A stretch of 63,622 bases of DNA, counting the filler, from Hyphochytrium catenoides (taxonomy: Eukaryota > Protista > Hyphochytriomycota), in assembly GCA_900088475.1 (NCBI GenBank). It is 10 parts of 10 records of this genome, joined end to end, with 100 filler letters (N's around TTAATTAATTAA, not from the genome) between each part and the next. Parts side by side here need not be neighbours in the genome. Positions count along the whole stretch, not along the records: positions 46,023 to 48,058 come from FLMG01002508.1; positions 48,159 to 57,288 come from FLMG01004298.1; positions 57,389 to 59,681 come from FLMG01004230.1; 7 more parts are not named here. The stretch is one strand, 5' to 3'. How positions within the stretch are numbered: position 1 is the first letter of the stretch; each line of letters begins with the position of its first letter. Made by a program: the position numbers and the translations under genes. The notes under the pieces are model-generated. The model ran no database searches. It worked only from the letters and a program-made list of their open reading frames with translations, and was not told where the DNA came from. Shown here piece after piece: positions 46,986-59,119 of this stretch.

Positions 46986-49340
46986 TTGAGAGCTTCAGAC
47001 TTTCTGCCAGCAACTATAGCACACAGCACCACTTCTAGCAGCAATAGCATGCAGCAGCAGCAACAAGCAGCAACAGCAACAGCGCCTCCTCCTCCTTCTC
47101 TCCCCAAAGATTATCCACAAGCATAATAATACCCTTTCTAGTAGCAGGTCTGTTTCCTTATTCTCTCTTCTTCTTTTGAAGTTTAGTCTGGGTGGCTCTT
47201 TAGAAAAAGAAAGAACTTCTCTGTTTGACGTCCTTCCTCCTGCGGGGCCTCACTTCAGCTGAACATCGCTGCAAGTCAGAACACGCCCACCTGCTTGCGT
47301 TCTCCATCGCCATTTTGTTGCTGGTGACACAGAAGAGTCAGAGTGAACAGCGGAACGAGGAGGAAGAGGCCGAAGAAGCTCGGAGACAAGGAAAGAATGG
47401 TCGTGGTGGCACGATAGGTCACGTAAGCTAAGAGAAGGCCATCAGCAGCCCTATGACATCAATGACTGATAAGAATCATGACGCCACCTTTTGCAAGACG
47501 TAGTAGCATGCGGGGACCTTTCTCGTAAAGAACGTGGTGGTGGACGAGCATGAAGTTAGAGGAGAACAGTCGAGAAAGTGCCTGGTGACAGGGCTGATGG
47601 TTATCACTGATAGTACTGAGTAATAAGGGGAAAGCAGTGAGCTATTAGCAGCAGCAACCGCATCGCAGGGCAAAAGAGAGTGGAATATGCGATGAACAAA
47701 CCACAAGTAGGAAGCTTGTCATGCTCCTCCTGCTGCTATGCCCCGTTGGCCTGGCAAGGAAGCGATCCCCCTGGTCGGTGCAAGTACTAGCCTGCTCGAC
47801 TCTAGCTGTTGTTATCGAAAGGAAGAGAGAGAGCAGTCCTTCATTAGGCCTAGGAGAGGAAGCGTCGGGAGCTCAGGCAGCAAGCTGCTCAAAACCAGGC
47901 AAGCAGCGGACCTGGAGGTGCACAAGAGGAAAGGGAATACTGGAGTCCACCTGCAGTATCAGCAAAGAATAGAGTACAAGTAGCAGAAGGTAGAGGTTAG
48001 GAGCGAGAGAAAGAGAAGGGAACAAGAACTAGGTAGATCAGAGGCAGAGAGAGAGAGANNNNNNNNNNNNNNNNNNNNNNNNNNNNNNNNNNNNNNNNNN
48101 NNTTAATTAATTAANNNNNNNNNNNNNNNNNNNNNNNNNNNNNNNNNNNNNNNNNNNNAGCAAAGCATCGCAATGCGGCTGCTCGCCGCTTACGCTCAGC
48201 GCCATCCATCCCGTCGCGCAGCGACGGGTCCTAAGATTATGTATGTGTGTTCGCTGAGTCGTAGGGCTCAGCGCCCTGTGGTTGGAACTTTGTGATCCTT
48301 GTTTTAATCCATCGCGTGGTGCAATGTTTCCCGAATCGTTTGCATCTTTTCAGGAATGGTTTTTTTTTCGCCACGTGGGCCATGTGGGCCGGGGAGAGTT
48401 GGTTGTTGGTTGGTGAAGCACGATAAGACAAAGACAAAGACAGAGTACCAGGAGAATTATAAAAGAAAATGAAGGAAAACAACGTAAAACGAACGAAAAG
48501 GCGTCTGAAAACAAATGCAAAATGTCTGTATGTACGTGTGTGCAGCCAATTTTCCCATGAGAAGAGGCTAGAGAATGTTAGAGAATGTCAAATTTCCCAA
48601 AGCAGTGGCCGCCAACGGGTAGTTCGTTGTTGTTGTTTTGGACGGCTGTTGTTGTTGCTGCTGTTCGTCAAGTACAACCTCTAGTAGGAGGAATTCGCTG
48701 TGGGACAGCACGAGCAAGTGGGATTATCACCGTGTATTATTTATTATAGAAAGACATTTGGCGCTTGTGCCGGTTCTAATTGACCGTAGTGTTGTTTCCT
48801 GCTCTTTCCACTGTGCGTCGTAGAACTACCACAAGATTTAGGCGTGACCAACGTAGAACAATATACAAAAGAAGCCACAGAACAGAGGCAATCAAAACAG
48901 GCAACAGAATGGCCTGAGAAAGCCAGGAAAGGCGCTTCATCGACATCCTCCACCGTGCCAACATCACCAGGGCTTCAGGTGGGGAGCCAATGCAAAGAGC
49001 TACAGATTGCTACAATCTTTCTTGCCACAATGTATAAGGTCCAGGCCTTTTTCCAACTTCCACAGAACCGACAAGAGCGCCATCACCAAGGTATCAGGCA
49101 CAGAGAAAACGAGCAACGGACTACAATCTTTCTTGTCAAAATGTAAGGCTTATAGAGTGCAGGACGCAAAGTTGGTGGAGACAGCATCCAATAAAGAGCT
49201 GCAGAAAGAAATGCACACTTTGTAGGCTAAGACGAAGGAATCGATAACGCGCGATAACACCAGTAAGTGGACTTAAGATGATCATAGGAGGAGGTAGGTG
49301 TTGAGAGGCTTGGACGAGTCTGAAGAAGAGAGACGGACAG

Positions 49341-52300
49341 ATGAAGAGCCCCCCTGAAAGAAGAGAGCGGAACCGGCGAAGAATGCGTCGCCTTCGAGCC
49401 GCTAATACTACCTTTAGAGAACGGGAGCGTGAACGTAATAGAGAAAGAATGCGGCGTAGGCGAGCCACTGCTACAGAGAAGGAGCGGGAACGTAACCGAG
49501 AGAGAATACAGCGTAGACGAGAGGATCACAGATTCCGAGAAGAAGAGCGAAGGCGAAACAGAGAGAGAGCGCAAGTTCGACGAGCTGATGATGTTCTTCG
49601 CGAAGAGGAGAGGGTGCTTGACCGCCAAAGAAGACAAAGAAGAAGAGCTAATGAAGGTGCCTTCCAAGAAGGACAGAGAATCTGTTCGTCAGGGTCTGAG
49701 GCTGATGAAGAAGAAAATGAGACTTCCTGGGAACTAAGAGAGCATCGCTCGAGTTTGACTGTACTGGACGGCTTCGCTCGCCACTTGAGTGATGATGATA
49801 TTGCTGATCATAACGTGCCTGAAAGAAATGAAGAAACAACTTTTTTCACTCCTTCTACCGAGCACCAGCAACGTATCTTGAGCAATGCCGCAGAACGGAT
49901 GGATCTGGGGGCAATCTTACGAGATGTGTGTGCAGTGTGCGACACTCTTTGTCTAAGAGGTACTTCAGCCGAATGTCAACCATACAACTTGGATGAGGAG
50001 CTGTTGCAGGTATGGTAGCATCTATATAAACAAAAGAATTGTGGTAGGTAATGCTAACTCTGCTGACTGTAGATGTTCGATAGCCTCCGACCAACTTCAC
50101 CTCTACCGAAAGGATTGCTGAGGCAGTACGACGCCTCAAATATCAATGAAGGGCTTAAGCCTTTCCTACTCTCCAAAAAAGGTATTATGACCAACCTCCA
50201 TGCACTGACTCTTCAGACTCGAGAACGTAAGTAACAACATTAACGTAGGATTCGTGAGGGTGACGGAGAGAGATAGCGGAGTTGTGGAAGTAAAGGCTAT
50301 GATTTGCTGCCCATGCTACCGTCACTTATCAGCGCAAAGGTCTACCCATAACAACGACCCGCCAAAGTTTGCCATTGCCAACGGATTAACCATAGGAGAA
50401 TGGCCGGAGGACGTACCAGAGCTTACTCGCACAGAAGAAGAGTTGGTGTCTATAGTTTCGCCAGCTGTATACATATCTACCGTGCGCTTCGGTAAGTAAT
50501 TATCCACTTTTCTCAAATGATGAAAGATAATAGTAGCTAACAAGAGCTACAAACTAGGAGAGGGACAAACGCTGAGATCCCATTGCTATGTAGTGACAAA
50601 CACAGAACGCCCTATGGCAACGATGTTACCCAGAAATGCAGTTGGACACATACGTGTTACTCTTGCTGGAGCGATGACAGAAGAGCAAAAGTTGGCAGCG
50701 AAGCAACCTTATCTCGCCCGCATGGACGCGGTTACGCACGCTTTACACTTCTTCAAATACCAGGACAGAGATAGTGGAGTGCAGAACAATCCCCGATACA
50801 AAAATGTGCAATTGGAACAGCAGGCAGAGACGGTGTTCAGCACTGACGGTAGAGATGTTCAGTGACGGCAACATTTATTTACTCTTTACTGACACATCAT
50901 GCTTTAGGTATTATTATTGACTGCACTGATGACAGCTTGAATCCTCTTCCGCAAGAGGTTGTGGAGCGCATGGGTCAAACCACTTATGGTGACGTGAGGA
51001 TTATCGATGACAGTGGGCGCGGATCCCAAGAGATTTATACTTCCTTGATAACCTCTCACAACCCAGAATCGGGTGATATTTATATTTTTAGAAGATCTAA
51101 TCTCTTTCTTCGAACCGACGGAAAGGTAGTGGCAGATGCCTTCCCAACCTTACTGCCATGGGGAAGAGGAGGACCAGATGAACGCCGCAGTCATCCTATT
51201 TCCCTAAAAGCTTGGGTCTCTCATGTGCTACAGCTCTCGCATCGTCGCTTTAGCAGGCACCACCAATTCAGTCTCATTCTTTTTGACTGGTTAGCTCGGC
51301 AAGACGCTTACAGTGAGTTGAAATACAAGTTACCGACTACACGTCTGGCCCTGCAGGTTGGCAATATAAGTAGAGAAATAATAGAAGAAGGACTGCTCCA
51401 TCAGCAACGCTATTTAGAGGCGATAAGGCAGGGAAAGCGGCCTCCTCCACCTCCAGCAACTGTTAGTCCCTACTTGAGCCTGCAGAGAGGCATCCGGATT
51501 GGAGCAGCAAACCTTCCGGGCTGTAACGAGGAGAGATCGAAAGCGAGGCAGCAGGCATTTAGCCTCATAAAAAGACTTGGCACCGGGCACCTATTTATTA
51601 CTTTCTCTCCGGACATAACAGGCACTTACGAGGTCGCCCTTATGGACTCTGCGACCAGAGCAAATCTCTGTCCGCCCGATTCTTATCCATTACGGCTTGT
51701 GCGTAACATAGCACCCAGTCGTTCCGAGCGTCGCCTAATTGCGAATGAAGACCCTGCGGCAGCAGCAGCTTACTTCAAAAGAGTGCTCCAGGTGTTTATC
51801 GAAGAAGTGCTCGGGTGGAATATTCATCAGAGGCAGCCACGGAAAGAACCCGGTCTATTTGGCTATCCAAGGTGGTTCTTTCTGGCTGTTCAGCCCCATG
51901 GAAACGGCTTTCTACATGCACATATGACAGTTTCTATCTACGGCTTCCCTACAACCTCCCAAGAGAATGAAACTCGCTTGCATCAAGACACACGTTACAA
52001 AGATCAGCTCACGCAATACTACAGCTCTTTTATGAGAGCAGAGGTTAATCTTCTGCTGGACGAAGAAAACAGAACATTATGTCCTGACGAGAGTTGCCCC
52101 GGTGTGCTTCAGCAGCGGGAGCCTATTCCTGGGGAAGCTTACCGGCGGGCGCCAAAAGGGTCACAAATACATTGTACCTCCAGCTGTAACATCTGTCACA
52201 AAGAGTTTGGAGGAACAGAAGTAATTGAAAGAAGGATGGCTAACCTTGACCCAGATGGGACGTTTACCGCCGATGATTTGGATTTCCACCTGAGCCAACC

Positions 52301-55300
52301 TGGACAACTGGAAGGCTCTCTAACAAGTGTTATCACCACGGAAATCTTGCTGTTTATCTATGCCATTTTTGTACTCCTGACGCACAGCTGGAAGCATATG
52401 TCAAGCTGTTTTAAGGTAACGAGGAAGAGAAGTAGTTTGTGCCTTTTCCCTTCCCCCCTCCCGTCTACCCCCTCTTCTCAAACTTTATTTTCAGTACAAA
52501 ACAGTAGTGTGTCTTACCCCACCTTCTTTGCTTCACATCAAACAGCGATCAAAGAGAACACCTTCAGGAACAATCTGTCGACATCTTTTTCCTCGCGAGC
52601 CGCTTCTTGGAGCCCCAAGGTTTCAGAATTATAGCTTCCTACTGCCACGGCCTATCGGGTGTGAGTACGTGCAGCCTTTCTCTCCTGTGATTGTGGGAGC
52701 CTTCAAATGCAACCATGATATACAGTTTTTATTGGATGGCTCTTCTGCCGACCGAGTGGCTTATTGCCTCAAGTATGTGACACAACCCAAGATCCTGGTG
52801 GACAATCTGGTAGCTTTTGGATTGGCATGCTACGACCGGACGGTTGCCAGGGCTTCAGAAGATAACGCGACAGTGGTATCACCGGAGCAACGGGGAGCAA
52901 GAATAATCTCAAGTATGCTATACGGGCTCACAAACAAACAAGAAGTACACAGTCCAATGGCAGCTTGGTATCTCTCCCACTCAGACTTCTTTCTCTTCTC
53001 TCACGAGTTCATTACTGTCTCCACATACCAGATTCTCTTCCATCTCACAAGGGAAGAAGAAAATCATGATACTGAAGAAGCCGTAGAAGTCCACGCGCCC
53101 TACGACGATTCTTCCTCTAGCGTAGAGCTCCATTCAACTGTTATTGACTACTGGTACCGACCGGCAGAAGCACCTCTGAAAGACATCTCTTTCATCGATT
53201 TCGTCGAGAATTATCATTTAGTAAGGGGCCCCACAAAAGACTCACGAATGCGTCTTCAAGAGGGCCATCCACACCGAGAGATCAAGCACGTCGCACATAA
53301 CAAGGTTCGCAAGATTCTAAACCTAGTCGGAAGAGAATTACCGGACACAGAAACTGCCAACTGCCCGGAGGAGGACCTCGAGTTTTTCTATTCCATTACG
53401 CTATTCCTCTTCCAACCTCATCACCAAGGAGGACCAATGTCTCTCCATACACCAGGTAGTTCCTGGAAAGAAGCCTGGGATGAATGGGAGCAAACCGCAC
53501 AAGCGCTGGACTTCGTTAAATACCATAGAGATTTTCATGCGAGCCGTCGTCTAGCACGTGAAACAAGGCCGAACGTTGAGGACCAGATCAATCAAGAGCA
53601 CCCTGTTCTCAATGAGCATGTTCCAGTTCCTCCTACTACCACCTTTCTTCCTTCGGAAAGTGACAGTGACGAAGACCGGGATGTTCGTGAAGAAGAAGAA
53701 AGAAGGGGCCAGGACGAAGAAGAATACTTTCCTCCTCCTCCTCATATTCCTCTACAAGCCTATGACCTTTACACCGCTCACCTTCTTTCATCTCACTATC
53801 CCAACCACCAAGAAACGTTCACGATGATGGCCGCCAGTCATATTACTCTCAGCCAACCTGCTGACTTCCATGTACCTACCTCTCTGGAATATACTCAGTG
53901 GTTACAGTCGCTTCCAACATCACCGAACCAGCAGCATCATGGCCACCCGTCACTCCGCCCCACATGCCTCATTGTCAGACGCTATCTCGTCGATACAGAA
54001 GCATGGGAACCTCCACCACCGACTCCATCACCACAGGGAATAGATCCGTATCCAACTACTGCAGAGATCTCAAGAGCCTTTAGAGCAAATGCTCTGCAGC
54101 ATAAAGCTATTCTGGGAATAGGTCGGTACCTAATTTATCGCTTTCTCTGCGACCTGAGCTCTGCAGAAGAAGTGAACAGCCACATAGCGGAAGATACTGT
54201 GAAAGAACTGAGCAGTCAGGCAATCATATTCTTAGGAGGTGGTCCAGGGAGAGGTAAATCTGCAGTTGTCAAAGCGTTGAAAACCTTGGCAGAAAAGTGG
54301 GAACGCCCAAATGCGATAGAAATTGTGGCTTATTATACTACGGCTGCTCTCAATGTTGGAGGGACCACCATGCATTCCGCAAGAAACCTCCATCCTTTCA
54401 ACCACCGCCTCCTCACAGTAATCCCTACTGTGACTCAGAAGCAGCGCCAGATTGCATGCGTATTGCATATCATTGATGAAATCTCCACGGTGCCACCTTC
54501 TCTACTGGGCAGCTTCGAAGAAGCGACAAGAACTTTTGCAGGAGTTCATGGCAAGCCTTTCGCTGGTCATCACGTTCTCTTCACAGGAGACTGGAAGCAA
54601 CTTCCTTCCCCGCAAGCAAGAGCACTCTTCGAGCCGCCAAGAATAGATGCCAGCAGCGCAGAAGTGCAAGGCCACAAAGTGTACATGGCTATTAACCTCG
54701 CGTTCTTCCTGCAGGAAAATATCCGATGCAGAGGCGACCCAGAATGGGCTGACTTTCTCACCAAGCTTGAAAGAGAAGAGCCGTTGTCCAGAGACGATCT
54801 AAGCTATCTCAACTCCAGAAGGATTGACCCAGACCACCTGGCAAGAAGCAGCTCAGAAGCCCCGCTATTCATTCCCATTGCCATCGGACTAAACAGAGTA
54901 ATTCCCGTCCTAACTAGTAAGAAACAACCAGGACGTCGACTAACATTTCTTTCTCTACTTAAAGCTCCGATGTGCAGTGAATTTCCAGCTCGCTCGTTAT
55001 GTCGTTCAACAAGCACCATCAAACAGACGGCCGGAGGTCTTTCAATGGGACGCAGAGATCAGATCCAGAGGAGATTACTCAATCCCATCTCTCCGTCACC
55101 TCCCTGACTATGTGACCGGACGAGTCTGCCTTTCCTTGGAAGTATTTTCAGGTGGGAGAAAGAAATAGGATTGCCTGAACAGCAAACTCCTTAACAAGGA
55201 ACATCAACAGGCATGCCGATCCAAATTGTCTCGAATATCTATCGTGATACGCTGGGAGTTGGAAATGGTGACAAAGGCCATATCGTAGGCATACTCAGAA

Positions 55301-55887
55301 GCCAAGCAGATCCAAGCTTCCATCCACAAGAAGAGGCAGAAAACTACATTGTGCAACATTTGGCGAAGGTCCCCGACTTCGTTCTCGTCAAGCTTCACGA
55401 CGTCCGTCTGGAGCAACCTCTATTTCCACATCTTCCCCATGGCTACGTACTCTTACCTCCAGCCAAGCACACAATTGAAGTGAGGCTTAGCGAGCGGCAA
55501 CGTCCCTTCAGAATTACAATCTTCCAACATGTCATCAGCCCTGCCTTCGCTCTCACTCCAGAAAAGCTTCAGGGAGGCACCTATGTAGCCGCAGTAGGAG
55601 GGGACCTAAGGAGAGGAAAAAGCAACTCGTATAGCAGAACACCTCCCCAGACACTCAATGTTGTTGTATCGCGAGTCGGTAGCCACCACGGCTTCGAGCT
55701 GTCACAACCTCTCTCTGCCGAGGCAGCACGTCGCACAGCACTTCTGCATACCTCACAAGTTCATAGCAGAAGAAGCAAGGCTTCGTTTGTTGCAAAGGTG
55801 GTAATAGCTGAGGCAACTCGCTCTTGGCTGTACGAGCCTGGATTTTTGTCGGTTAGAGACAGACAACAGGTTTGTCAAATAGAATAA
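49341..55887 (+). CDS. Helitron Rep/helicase (DUF6570-like N-terminus, HUH Rep, Pif1 helicase), 8 exons, ~2011 aa
   Basis: Motifs: CAVCD, PPKFAIANG..LTRTEEELVS, AFPTLLPWGRGG, Rep LFITFSP / GFLHAH / YCLKYVT, HSWKHMSSCFK|..CRHLFPR, and helicase GGPGRGKS, IIDEIS, GDWKQLP, PAFALTPEKLQG, VVSRV. Frame-restoring GT-AG introns: 50010-50072, 50182-50248, 50492-50557, 50849-50907, 52416-52545, 54898-54964, 55152-55210. Confidence 0.9.
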
Positions 55888-56300
55888 GCTGCTTGCACCA
55901 GCCACTACAAAGCTAACTAATAGATAAAGATCCGGCCAAGGAAAGCCCAGCTCAGAAAGACAGACAGAAAGCTACATTGTGAAACCTTACAGGGACGAAG
56001 TCGGAAGACTCGATGACTGATTGTCAGAGGGAACCGAGCAACGCCTACAATATCTGGCAAAAGTCCTGTCGACGTACGTTTAAAGCAGAATCGAGAGGAA
56101 GTAGCACAGCACTTCTGCCACAGGTTCATAGCAGAAGAGGCAAGGCTTCGTTTGTCACAAAGGTAATACCTGCGTCCTCTTTGCTGAAATGAGCAATCGG
56201 TTGGCTGGCTTCCTTGCTGATCACATTAACAGGCTTGTCAAATGTTTCTAAGAATAAGCTGCTTGCACCGGCCTCCAAAATAATGAAGACCCCAGCTCAG
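55720..56300. repeat. Diverged direct repeat (~200 bp) at the 3' end of the helicase gene
   Basis: GCACAGCACTTCTGC..GTTCATAGCAGAAGA.GCAAGGCTTCGTTTGT..AGAATAAGCTGCTTGCACC occurs at about 55732-55905 and 56104-56275. A partial third copy (CGTTTGTTGCAAAGGT) lies near 56845. Confidence 0.85.
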
Positions 56301-57388
56301 ACGAACAGGAGGCAGAAGAAGCACCCAGCACACCATAAATCCTGCCGCCCTCTCTTCGCTAGCACCCGGAAGCCATGCCTTCGAGCAGATAACACTGTGA
56401 GCGGAAATGTAACCTAGAGAGAGAGAGAATGTTCAACGATGAGAAGAAAAAGGAAATCTACGAAGCTTCTCTTCACTTCTCCCCTCTTCTCCACCGCTAT
56501 TGATGAAGACTAGAGTATATAATACCACTACTTTATTACTGATTTTAGAAGAGAACAGTATAGGACCCACTGACTGTGCCACTACTCCCTAGAGTTATCT
56601 GTGACTGCCCCTCTCTACGCTTTCTCTCTCAGAGAAGCCCCCACTGTTCTTCTCCAGCTGGCTCCAGCTTCTACGCTGTCATTGTTGATGATCTGCCCAT
56701 CCAAATGCACCATATGCAAGCACTTGGCCGTTCCCATTCCCTCTTCGCTGTCCCATTCCAGCTCCTACGAGGTCCAGGAGAGAAATCTGCCTCGCATCCT
56801 TTCGACCAATCAAGAAGGAAATCGCTTGGCACGGCGGGTGGTTGCGTTTGTTGCAAAGGTGATACCTTTTGGCTGTATGGGTGGCCTAATAAAAAAGTTG
56901 GAAAAGGGGCCCTCAGCGACAAACATGCTCCACGGTGCCGACAATAGCGCCAAGCTGCAGAAAGAATGTAGCTACACCCTATAGGCTAAGAAGACGAAGG
57001 AATCGACAACGCGCGATAGCACCAGTAGATACAACTGGGATGATCATAGGTAGGGGCGAGCTAGAAGGAAGAAAGACAGACAGATGAAGAATCCCCGAAA
57101 CCACTATCAAAGAAAAAAGGGGAACCGGCAGGGAAGACTACCTTAGAGGACGGGAAAGAGAAAGAATTCACCGAGCTTGGGCCAGGAGGAGGAGTAGTAC
57201 CAGCAAAGTCGGCAAATGGACTGTCCCACAATATCCCTAAGCCGCAGAATTTTGACTCATTATAATGAGTCAATTTTTGGAGGGTCATNNNNNNNNNNNN
57301 NNNNNNNNNNNNNNNNNNNNNNNNNNNNNNNNTTAATTAATTAANNNNNNNNNNNNNNNNNNNNNNNNNNNNNNNNNNNNNNNNNNNN

Positions 57389-57688
57389 TGGTGACCATGC
57401 TATGGTATGCAGAACGGGACGAGACAAGAGCGTGCGACACGATGGCTCGCAACTTGTTGGTTAGCATTGCGAGATCCGCAGTCATGGTAGCTCGCCCCGA
57501 ACCTCCTGATCGAGTGGTGGCTGACGGGCGACGCCCTGGTGACTTGACTATTGAGGGATACGAGCCTGGCAAGATATCGACGTGCTTTGACGTGACTGTC
57601 CGAGAGCCGCTGCAACATACTACATAATACCTTCAACATGCAGCCCTCCAGGCCGGCTACGTCGCCAGATTGAGTCATAAGGCTAAGC
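57389..57688 (+). mobile_element. Degenerate C-terminal zinc knuckle + restriction-like endonuclease of an REL-type non-LTR retrotransposon
   Basis: GDHAMVCRTG..VRHD, then a frameshift, then RRPGDLTIEGYEPGKISTCFDVTVREP with an in-frame stop soon after. This is the typical H..C..RHD..RPD..DVT pattern. Confidence 0.8.
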
Positions 57689-58864
57689 NNNNNNNNNNNN
57701 NNNNNNNNNNNNNNNNNNNNNNNNNNNNNNAGCACCAATAGCAGCAGCAGTGGGTGCGGCGAAGAAGGAGAGGAGGAGGAGCAGCAGACGGAGGAGACGT
57801 AGTATAGTAGTAATCGGCCTCAAGAAAGCGTAAGAACTAGTGGTAGGTTTATTCCTAGGATGGTAGTGTAGAGATTTGTGGTACTTCTTTTTATAATTCT
57901 AAAAACTGGATAATAAAAAAGTAGTAAGAGCTACTCCTTTTTTTATAAAAAATGCTTTCTAAAATGTCAATAGAAGTAGTACTGTAGTTTCCTAGTTACT
58001 CCAACTATAATAAGGCCTTATTGTGAATCGCCGAGTTTTTTTTGGCCTCTAGGAAAATCTACAGTAGTTTTGTGATCCATTCATGGCAGGAGATAGAAGT
58101 AGTAGTAGTGATCCACTTGTGGACGACGGGCGCTTCTACTACACAGATCTCGTGATGTCGTCTCAATCACATAAAAGCTCTTTCCTTCTTCCTGACCAGA
58201 CTCCAGACGTCGGCCGCTGCAGTAGAGAAGGCCACCATGGCAATCAATAACGAGACGCGGTACAGCTTCGTCGCAGAAGACTTGTTGTTGGGTAATAATA
58301 ATGAAGAAGTGCCCGTATCTGTCGGAATTAATTATTATTGACAACTCATCATTGTCCAAAACAGCAGTAATCGACTTTTCGTTCTTGGGACGCCCCTACA
58401 ACTTCGTTGTATCCAACGGGGGCTGGCGAGCGCAAAAGTTGGCAGGCTTCATCATCAAGTTTATGGAGCATGCCCCGAGAGACCCCACTCAATTTGGTAC
58501 TGTTGCCACCAACGCCGAGGATTTACCTGATTTTAGAATCATCACTGAGCAAAAAAAAGCGACAGATTGTCCTGCAAGCGTGTAGGGATATTATGAGTTG
58601 TCTACACAAGATAATGAGAGTCCATCAACGGGAGATTCTCGATTACGCGGTGTGGTACCGAGAAACCCAGATACATGCAGACTCAACCTACTCCCAAGAC
58701 ATCACGAGAATTACAACCCGTTGCATTGTCCACAACAACTTCATCCCCATGTGGTCTTCCCTTCAGTACGATCTGGTTGAGTACTGAGGACTTTTTTGAC
58801 GTGAAGCTTCATTAATAATGCAATGTACTTCCTAGCTATTGGGGGCAACATCTGATGAATGGTA

Positions 58865-59119
58865 TCATCGTTTTAGATGGGACACATGCACCTTGACACG
58901 CTTAGTCACCATCTTCCCCCGCTTATTCTTCCTTTTCACTTCATTAAGCTCAAAGGAAACGGGACCAGACTGTCCAATAATGATGATCTCGTAATAAGGA
59001 CCATAATACCACTTGTTGCGCAAGAGTTTTTCAGCAAAGCCAACCTTTCTAATAACAGGTATTATTATGTAGTAATAACGGTAGTAGTAGAAGACCAAGT
59101 CTCCGACTTTGACGGACAA
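58865..59119 (-). mobile_element. Ty3/Gypsy integrase C-terminal GPY/F domain remnant
   Basis: VKVGDLV..EKL..KW..GPY.EI..SFEL..VHVSHLKR fits the GPY/F (SH3-like) consensus. Confidence 0.72.

Larger units (their letters stand above)
48159..57288 (+). mobile_element. Helitron-type rolling-circle transposon region (termini not defined)
   Basis: The contig contains a Rep(HUH)-Pif1 gene, a GC-rich hairpin cluster at 48175-48273, and internal direct repeats. Confidence 0.8.

Noticed and set aside
1-55887. Alternative genetic code or stop-codon readthrough
   Set aside because: In the reconstructed genes, internal stops fall inside GT-AG introns, and TAA, TAG and TGA all serve as terminal stops.
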